Made by a program: the position numbers and the translations under genes
In this document: positions 1 to 8,197 of the stretch, piece by piece
How the letters are laid out: each line of letters starts with the position of its first letter
How positions within the stretch are numbered: position 1 is the first letter of the stretch
The notes under the pieces: generated by a model
Database searches by the model: none
What the model was told of the DNA's origin: nothing
Seen by the model: only the letters and a program-made list of their open reading frames with translations
Assembly (NCBI GenBank): GCA_004431415.1
Contig: QPMI01000223.1
Coordinates: 1-30,283, forward strand
DNA: 30,283 nt
Reading direction: 5' to 3'
DNA from: Cyanophora paradoxa CCMP329
Taxonomy: Eukaryota; Plantae; Glaucophyta

Positions 1-26
1 GGGGTGCAGCAGGTTGGGAGGCAGGT

Positions 27-3000
27 CTAGAGTATGAGGTGGTCTCCGGGCGAGCGGGCACTTTCCCGTCTGGCGTCGGAGTGGGCCTGGAGGGCAGCTG
101 CGGAGGCAAATCGGGTGCCACAGGTGCAAGAGAAGTCAGATGTCATGGCTACGGTGCCGCATTGGGCGGCTGGGGGGAGGGGGGCCTGGGGGAGGGGGCG
201 GTCTGGGGCGAGGGGGAGGCAGGGAGTCGTGCAATTGCCTGGCGGAAATTTTCCAGGAGAACCCATGGTTGGCTTTCCGAGTCCAATCCGCAGCAGAAGT
301 CAGTGATGGAGATGGTATCATGGAGGGAGGGGCGGGGGGGGGGGGGGGGGGGGGGGGACTAGGCGGCTGTACTGGCGGCGAGCGGGAGGGTTTGGTGTCG
401 GCATGTTTGCGGTATCGACGTTTGGTTCTGTCAGTGATGCCCTGTCGGAGCTCCCAGGCGTGGTTGCGGGCGCAGCGGTCCCTCCAGATCGCACGGAGGT
501 GTTGGTCGAGGAGTAGCGCTAAATCTTTTTGGATTGACATTGTGGTGGTCTTGTTGATGCCCAGGGCTGCGCAGAGGGCGGGCAATCCTGCCGGGGTACC
601 GAGGCGCAGGAGGGCAGGAGCGGGGAGGGGAGTATGTCAGCCAAGGCCGGGCTAAGCTTTGTCCATAGGGTATCGGTGAGACTGGGGGGCGGAAAAGGGC
701 CGGATTTTCGGTGGGGGAGAGGAGGGCGGATTGGAGGGGAGAGGCGGGGTCAGGGGAGACGAGGCGGAGGAAGGGAAAGAGTTGAAAAATAGTGTCGTCG
801 TGTCCTAAGGGTTTGGGCGAGTGGCGGAGAACCCGGGTGCGGAGGAAGGTCACGAGTGCGTCCTGGAGAGCTTGGAGGAGGAGGCGAGCGGCGGGGCAAG
901 TAAATATGTGAATGAAGTCTTCGGGGGGGTGGGTTGTAGGGTCGGGCTGTCTGGGGTCTGCGGCCCTCGGTGGGGAAGAGGGCGGGGGGGAGCCCGGGGG
1001 GGTGCACGTGGCAGGGGGCGGGGAGGGTGGGGGTGGGGAAGTAGGGTCCTCGGGGACTGGGGCAGGGGTGGGGGGGAGGTGACAGAAGGGGCAGTGGGCG
1101 ATACCGTCAGGAAAGAGAGGGCCGTATAGGTCGGGGTCGTGGAGGAGGCGGATGGTGAGGGAGGGGAGGCCTCCAAGAATGCACTGGAATCTTGACTTTG
1201 CGGAGGTGATCGCCTGTGGGGTACGGCGGTCCGGTGGCTTGTCGGACACGAGGGAGAGGGCTGGGGCGAGGGTAACGTGAGGATTGCTGAGGACGGCCCC
1301 CGCGTTGCGAAGCTGGCGCCAGTCGAGGTATTGGGAGAGGGAGGCTTCGGCTAGGAAGTGAGAGCGGGGGTCCCCCTCAACGCGGTATGCATGGAGTCTG
1401 CCTCTGTAGGGCTCGGCTCCTGGAACTGGGCCTTGGGATGACGGGGGCGGGAGGCCGACGCGGATGAGGAAGCATTTGAAACTGTGGGGAATGAAGAGAA
1501 GGGCTGAGAGGGGGGCGTCTGGGGCCGTTTTGGCAAGCTTGTCAACGGCGTCATTGTGGCAGTTGTCAGGAGTATAGGCTGGGTTCGGGATACGGTTCTT
1601 GGCCGGGGTCCGGGCCGCCTCTTTCTTTGCGGCCGTTTTAGATGTTTTGGCGGACCGTGGTGGCGGCTGGGCGGCGTCGCGGTGAGCGGCTTCAGCTAGG
1701 ATGGTCGCCGCCTCGAGTGGGGTCACGTGGGACGGCCGGAAGAGACGGCGTGCTGTTGCGGAAGCTTCGTTGCGGGCCAGGTCAGCGAGCTGAGAGGCGA
1801 GTTCTTGGGCGTAGCGAGCCCCGGGAGGGAGGGGGGTGGCGGGCCCTGCAGGGCGAGGCGGGGTAGACTCAAGCACAGTTGGGGAGCGCGGGAGGGCTGG
1901 GCGGTCGGGGGAGGGTGGTGGGGAGTCTATAGCGAGGGTAGGCAGGGTGCCGCCAGTGGAGACCGGGGGGCGGCGTGGCGGTCGGGGGCGCCCCGGGAAG
2001 GTCGGTGGGGGTCTGAGGGCCGGGAGGGCAGGGCCACAGCATATAGAGTCGAGGGTGACGGACCCGTAGCAGAGGCTGAGGGCAATATATTCACGGTATC
2101 TGCGGAGCGCAGCATTGTCGACCTGAATGTAGGCTGGGGGGCGGGGCAAGTCCGACGGGGCAAGTGCTGAGGAGCGACTGAGTAGGTCAGCTGTGAGGAG
2201 GAGGAGAGGGCCGCAGGCCGTGCTGTTGGGAGGCTGGAGAACGGAGAGAGATGTCTCCGGGCGTAGATAGGTCCATCTGCAGAATGGAGTGAGGGGGAGG
2301 GGAGAACCAGAGTCGCGTTGACTCCAAGTGGCCGCCAAGTCTTGTGCAAAGGAGACAAGGTGATCAGGGACGTCGAGGGAGCCGTTGTGAATGTAGAACG
2401 AGCGCGTCTGAGGAAATAAAGCAAGTAGGTGCCAGTGTCCCGGGAGGGTGCCGGGATCTGCTTGAGGGAAGGGTCGGCGAGGGGGCTGGTGGGGTATGAT
2501 GAGTGGGGCGATAGGTAAGGATGGGGACAAGGACAAGGCGGGCATCGAGAAGGCGTCCGGGGGGAAGGTATTGGTGCAGGGGGAGAAGGGCAGAGCCCCG
2601 AGAGTCAAATTGGGAGGCTGCACTAGCGGGGTAGGAGCTGGACGACAGGAAGTAGGCAGGGTGAGGCGAGGCCAGGGCGGCTTCACGGGAGGAGAGCATG
2701 TCAAGGAAGGCTTCCACGAGGGGGAGGCTGAGGGCGGCATTCGGCCGGAGGTGGATAAGGTCGCCTCGTCGAATGAGGGAGTGGCGATGAGGGTCAGGTC
2801 GGGGGGCGGGTGGGAGGGGGGGTTTCGACATGAGAGTTTGCTCCGCGCAGTAATCATTGTCTGCAAACCGGAAGGCATTCCCCAGCCAACTTTTCTCCGC
2901 CAGCGTCAGGGGGCGAGGGAGGGGAAATTCAGTCGGGTGAGCGGGGGTTCGGCCTGGGGAAGCAGTTGGTCGGGCCTCGGGCGCCGGGGGGCGTGGGGGT

Positions 3001-6000
3001 GGGGAAGGGCAGGGTGGGGGGGGGGTGGGGGGCTGCGGGGAGGAGGGAGGGGAATTGGGGGACCGGGGGGTTACCGGTGTAAGGGACGGGGGGGAGAGGG
3101 GAGGACGGAAGGGAGGAGGGGTGGGGTCTCGCTTGCGTCTGACCGGACGGCGGGCTTTGGCTGCCGTGTGCTGGGAAGGGCGGGAGCTGGTGCGCGGGGT
3201 CATGCGCTGTCGTTTTGTTGTGAATGCCGGGTCGTTGGCCTGGACTGTCCCCAGGAGAACCTCAGGGTCCCGGAGAAGGAGAGCGGCCGCCAACGCTCCC
3301 GGTAGATGGGGGCGTGGAAGGGGATGGGGCGGCCCCGTCCTTTGCCATACAGGTGGACTTCCTCACCGCGGCCAATGAACTCAGCAGCGGTCATGACGAA
3401 GAGAGCGTCTTCACCCGTGTGAACGTTTTTCCAGGCTTGTGTGGGGAAGGTGCTGGTGTCGTACTTCCAGGCCGAGCGTGGGGAGGAGTCGCCGGGGCGG
3501 AGAGTCGCCGTCCACCAGTTGATGACCCAGTCTTTAAGAGGGGCCGTGACGTCGGAGGCGGGTTTGCGGGTGACGTCCAGGATGCGGATTTCGCGGAGGC
3601 GGGCCGAGATGATTGCTAGTCGCCAGGGTCGGGACCCAGAGGGGGGCAGGGGGAGGAGAATATAATCGTATTCCGTAGGGGAGAAAGGGTGCGGGACGTA
3701 GGGTCGGTCCAGTTGTGGCTGGCCTGCGCGGGCTTTGAGAGAAAGGGCAGTGGGGGCTGTGCCCATGAGGATCGAGGTTGCGTGGGAGGACGAGAGGAAG
3801 AGGCACTTGGGGGTGGTCGGGGCATGCAGGCGGAAGGAGACTTGTCGGTTTTGGAGAAGTCTGAAGAAAGCGTCGACGGGTTCTGCAGGTATGGGTTGTG
3901 CGAGGAGAACGGGTGTGGCCAGGTGGGCCCCAGACCGAGGGTTGGGGTCGATGAGGGAGAGGGGGGCCGCTTTAAGGGCAGCCAGGCGGGATTTTATGCC
4001 GTCGAGGAGGGGAAGTACTCGGCGATCATACCTGGGGCCGTCAGGGTCGATGGCAGCTGAGTAGGGGATGGCTCGGCGTCCATAGCGTTCGAATAAAACA
4101 GGAAGGGCGCCGGTTTGGTTGCGGAGAGGGAACGTGGGTGGGGGGCCAGGCGGGGCGGGGGTGGGGTGGCAGTGCTGGCAGGACAGGGCGGGTCCCCGTG
4201 CCCATTGTTCTGCGATCAGGGAGGAAATAGGGATGCCCCACATGCCAGGGTCGCAACGGTGGTACGCGACCAGAGGGGTGCCAGCTTCGGTCTGGGAGGT
4301 GGGGGCGAGTGTAAGATCCTCGTCCCAGTACCAGGCGGGGAGAGGCGTGTCACGGTCGGCGGGGACAGCGGGTTTGCAGAGGGAAGTGGGGTAGAAATGC
4401 CAGGTGGGGCCGGAGCCCCTAGGATGGGCTAAGTAATAGTCGAGGGCGAGTTTCCTTGTAGGCCCGGGATCAGGGTAGTCAACATCAGGGGCGTCCTCGG
4501 GGAGTGGTTGAAGGAAGATTGGGTTGGGAGGGGAGCAGCACTGGAAGGAGATGTTGTGAGTGATGTCTCTGCGTCCTAAGGCTTCAAGGAAAGCGGAGTA
4601 GGCGCGGAGGATGTCGCAGTCCGAGACGATAGTCAGGTGTTCGTCGGAAGGAAAAAGAGTATGATCTTTGGGAAGTCGGATGCAGCGGTTCCAGATGACG
4701 GTGTCCTCCGCCGTGAAGGCGCGTTCAAGTCTGGCGGACGCGAGGGGGACGAGGTCAAGGACCAGGTGGGTGTTGGTAGTCTCGGAGGCATCTACATAGT
4801 CAACAAGGTCCGCTTGGCATCGGAGGAAATTGTAGTCGGTGGGGCTGTCAGCTAGAATATATGTGCGAATGTGCCGGCGAGGCGGGAAGAGGGACGAGAA
4901 TAGTGACGGGGGGAGGGGTGGAGAGGAGTCGTCCGAAAAAAGGAGTCGGGCATCGGGGATGTCCATTCCACCAATATAGTGGTAGGGAGCCGAGGCAGAG
5001 AACGTCTGCGGGGCGGTAGGTAGGGGGGCAGCTGGTCCGCTGAGGGGGACACGGGGTCGGCGGGGGGAAGAGGGGGCCGGGCGGCGGGTCGTCGTTGGTG
5101 TCGGAGCCGTTGCAGGTGGCCGCGGGATGGTCTTTGGTTGGTGAGAGGGGACCACTGAAGCGTGACTTGGAAGTTCGGGTCTTGGGCGATACGAATGGCG
5201 TATTGCGTTCGAGCGTTGAGGAGAAGGGCCCGTCTTCTCGGCGGAGCAGGGTGCGGAAGTTGATGGGATGGGAGAAAGATGAAGGGTCTTGAAAGGCGAA
5301 GGCTGTCAGGGCTCGGATAGTGTTCTGACTGTCCGTGATAATTTTCCCGCCGTGGGCCCGAAATACGTGAATGCTGCGGAGATTGTGCCTGCTAGCTCTC
5401 CCAGGTTCACGTTATGTTGGACGCCGGGAGGCGGTGGGCGAACTCGATTTTGTCAGGCAGGTCGGGATTATTTTCGAGGGGTGCAAGGCCGGCGTAAGTG
5501 GTTCGGACGGAGGCGGAGCCCTGTTTTTGTGTGCTGGCGTCCGTGTATATTACCCGGGGAGTAGGTCCGGAGGGAAGGGGCGGGGAGTTTAGTGCGCGGA
5601 GTGTAGGGCAGAGCTCTGCGAAAAGGGCTCGGGAGGTAATGAAAAGGAAGTCGAGCCCGGCCGGGGATTCATAGAAGTCGCGGTCGGCTTGTGATGCGGG
5701 GGTCATAAGGCGTGGGCGTCTCTTGAGGGCAACATTGGTAGCCTGGGCCTCCGCTCGGAAAGAGTCCCACCAGTCAGTTTCCCGGAGCCAGAGGTCGATG
5801 AAGCCAATGTGTGTGATTTCGCGGGGGAGGTTGGAAGGGGGGAGTTCGGGGTCATATTGAGCAGGAGGGGTAGCTGAGGAGGGGTCAAGGCGGGCTTTTT
5901 TAGCTGCGCGTGTGGGTTGAGCACGGGAGGGCTGCTGCCCTCTAGAGTGGGAGCATGTGAAGGCGGAGGTGGAGTCGGGCCGATTTCGTCTGCTGTCCCC

Positions 6001-6003
6001 TTC
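27..6003 (-). CDS. C-terminal part of LINE ORF2-like polyprotein (RNase H, unknown domain, two C48-like domains, CCHC knuckle, terminal C2H2-like finger), frameshifted in this assembly
   Basis: ORF pieces 5407-5706, 3200-5155, 2364-3293, 431-2878, 136-585 and 27-266 can be joined by single-base frameshifts. The last piece has CTCGTRFASAAALQAH...H and a TAG stop at 27-29. Confidence 0.65.
2060..2800 (-). other. Ulp1/SENP (peptidase C48)-like domain 2, predicted active
   Basis: IRRGDLIHLRPNAALSLPLVEAFL...AYFLSS...LVLVPI (frameshift) GHWHLLAL...FYIHN...LQPPNSTACGPLLLLTADLL...LRRYREYIA. His codon at 2435-2437 and Cys codon at 2213-2215; oxyanion Gln present; Asn at the usual Asp position. Confidence 0.75.
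3290..3900 (-). other. Ulp1/SENP (peptidase C48)-like domain 1, predicted inactive
   Basis: EPVDAFFRLL...KCLFLSS...YDYILLPL...RPWRLAII...IRILD...PTQAWKNVHTGEDALFVMTAAEFI...YRER aligns by eye to the SENP pattern EVINFY...ILLVPI...HWCLAVV...YYD...PQQxNGSDCGMF. The catalytic His and Cys are absent. Confidence 0.65.
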
Positions 6004-6479
6004 ATGAGTCTAGCTCGCGATCGAGCTCTTTTTCAGAGTCTAGAGTCTAGCTCGAGCTTTTTTCGTGTCTCTCAAGCTCCTCAGGCCTCAAGCTCCTCTT
6101 TGAAGTTCGCAATCCGTCGGACGTCTCTGTCTTTCTCGTCCGTCGCGCGTCTCTTCCGAAGATCTCGAGCTCCATGCATATGAGTTTTCGCTATTGGCTC
6201 TTCGTCTTGTTTTTTGCTCCTGTCGATTTCTTGCTTCACTTGTACGTGTTTTCAGCCCCCCTGCCACGGCCCTGGCGCGGATTCTGGCAGCGGAGCCTCG
6301 GATCCGGAAGCTCGAACTCTCATGCTCTGATCATATGAGCGATTGTCGGACACTTATCTTTCTTGATATCGCGGCGAGAATTCGAAGCTCTCCGGATCCG
6401 GATCGATATCGGGGGAGGGGCCGGGTGCACGTGGCCATGGCCATGGGGCATCGTGGGGCAGGGATCGAGTGTGTGTGTG

Positions 6480-6499
6480 GGGGTGGGGGGTGAGGGGGT

Positions 6500-6532
<33 letters not shown>

Positions 6533-6590
6533 CGGGCGGGGGGAGGGGAGGCGGAGGGGGGGGAGGGAGAGAGGGAGGGGGGCCGGGGAC
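6480..6590. repeat. Poly-G / G-rich low-complexity tract
   Basis: Run of about 30 G at ~6500-6532 plus GGGA/GGGGA units. Similar runs occur at ~334-357 (G) and ~13032-13064 (C). Confidence 0.9.
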
Positions 6591-6735
6591 GAGGAGCTCG
6601 GAGTTCAAACTTTGAAACAGCTGCAGCGTACGTTCACTGAACAATGAACACCTTATAGTACTATAGCTACTACTGGCCGATCGATAATAATGATTCGATA
6701 TCGCTGATATCGATGATCGATGTCACTATCTTTCA

Positions 6736-7539
6736 GGTACCGGGTACGAGCCGCCCGAGCCCGGGCCCCGGAGGCTCTTTCAACGATGACGTTACCCAAC
6801 TTACCCTAGGCCTACCAAAAAACCCCGCTATCGGCGCCATATGCATGCAAAGATAGGCGAGCTGGGTCACAGCCTTGCAATTGGTGCCGCTGATAATAGC
6901 CTGATATCGATGTGACGCATAACTATGGTTACAGTATGCTTACAGTTGTATGGTTACTATGGTAGCGCGGCTACTAGCGCCCCGCGTCTACGACCGGTAA
7001 TAATGGTTTTAGTTGGACGAATCATCGCTCGTCCGACGGTCTATATATACTCGTCTAAATGAGATTCCGTCTACCAATATTATAATCACCTGACAATCGC
7101 CGAGTCGGGCTGACATTAGTCACTGTCGACTCACTTAACGGCCGCGGCCCGCGGCCCACCCCGCGGGCCGGCCGCGGGCCGCGCGCGGAGTAGACGGTAG
7201 GCGCGTACCGGCGGCGGTCCGACGGTCCGCGATCGCCGCGAGTCGCGCTCGCGCTCAATATGAACATTCGGCCCGGTTGCGGCGTCCGCGGCCGCCGCAA
7301 CCGGGCCGGCGCCGGGCCGGCGATACGCACCGGTTGCAATTGGCCCCCATCGCGATCGTGTGCAATGTGTCACAGTGTATGCCATGATATCGATCATCGA
7401 TGTCGCATGACTCGATCTCGCTGTCGATGTGCTCAGCGGCTCTAAGTTCCAAGTACTAGGTACGGTACCGGGTACGTATACGTGCCGCCCGAGGCCCCGA
7501 GCTCGGAGGCTCTTTCAACGATGACGTCGACGTTGCCCC
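6736..7539 (+). repeat. Two diverged direct copies of a ~60-75 bp repeat (6736-6797 and 7464-7539)
   Basis: Shared blocks ggtaccgggtacg, gccgcccgag, gccccg and gaggctctttcaacgatgacgt occur in the same order in both copies. Confidence 0.9.
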
Positions 7540-7601
7540 ACAAAAAGAAAAAAACAACAGAGAACTTGAAATATTCAATGATTCATATGCTCGATCAAAT
7601 C

Positions 7602-7727
7602 AGTCCCGACTCCCGAGTCCCGTGACTCCCGTCTCCCAAGTCCCGACCGTCGGACTCCCGACGTACTCGAGTCCCGAGTCCGGACTCCCGAGTCCCGACT
7701 CGGCCAGAGTCGGCCTCCGAGTCCGAG
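7602..7727. repeat. Degenerate minisatellite of GAGTCCC/GACTCCC units
   Basis: agtcccgactcccgagtcccgtgactcccgtctcccaagtcccgac...gagtcccgagtccggactcccgagtcccgactcgg: more than a dozen 6-7 nt units. Confidence 0.85.
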
Positions 7728-8197
7728 ATGCCAGCTACCGTATACGTACTAGGCGTAGGAGTACTGCAAGTACCGTAGTACTACTAGTAGGCTAGCGCTG
7801 CAGCCTGGACCGTCGGACCGCGCCGTCGACGTCACCGCGGGTGCAGGCCGGCCCGGGGCGCGGAGCACACTGTGAGAGCTGCTGTTAGTCGGCCTCACCG
7901 AATCGGAGCGCCGCCGCGCGCGCCGGCGCCTGCAGGATGCAGCCTGCAAGGCCCTGCATGCGCATGCACAGCTGCGGTGCGACGTCGGCTCGGCGACAGT
8001 GCAGCGCTAGCTTTGACTACCGTAGTACAGCGCCTATAGTACAGCCAGCCTACCTAGTTGCATGCAGCGCTCGCCAGCGCTAGCGCTCGCTATAGCTATA
8101 CACATATACACGCGCGGCACATATGCTTGCGCGTGAAATACAATTAGAACCGTATGAATTTGTGCTCCTTCCGTGAAAGATCACCAGCTGCAGTGTC

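Larger units (their letters stand above)
1..6003 (-). mobile_element. Non-LTR (LINE-like) retrotransposon, 5'-truncated near 6003; RT domain absent from window; 3' end lies beyond position 1
   Basis: Minus-strand reading, with frameshifts, gives the order typical downstream of RT in RNase H-containing LINEs. RNase H motifs: IYTDAS (Asp ~5540), NLGELAG (~5397), IITDSQ (~5332), VTLQW(V)PSH (~5141-5165), HNDAVDKLAK (1529-1558). Zinc knuckle: CPFC...EDFIHIFTC (1093-896). C-terminal AIWRDRC motif (~470-490). Intronless, unlike the flanking host genes. Composition changes near 6003. Confidence 0.8.

Noticed and set aside
34-5600. Many Gly/Arg-rich plus-strand ORFs
   Set aside because: They are antisense shadows of the Pro-rich minus-strand retrotransposon ORF and carry no motifs.
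6354-6647. Poly-Pro / poly-Gly ORFs
   Set aside because: Produced by a G homopolymer tract of uncertain length.
6650-8150. tRNA, rRNA or snRNA gene in the structured intergenic region
   Set aside because: No recognisable cloverleaf, A/B boxes or conserved RNA motifs; the apparent structure comes from micro-palindromes.
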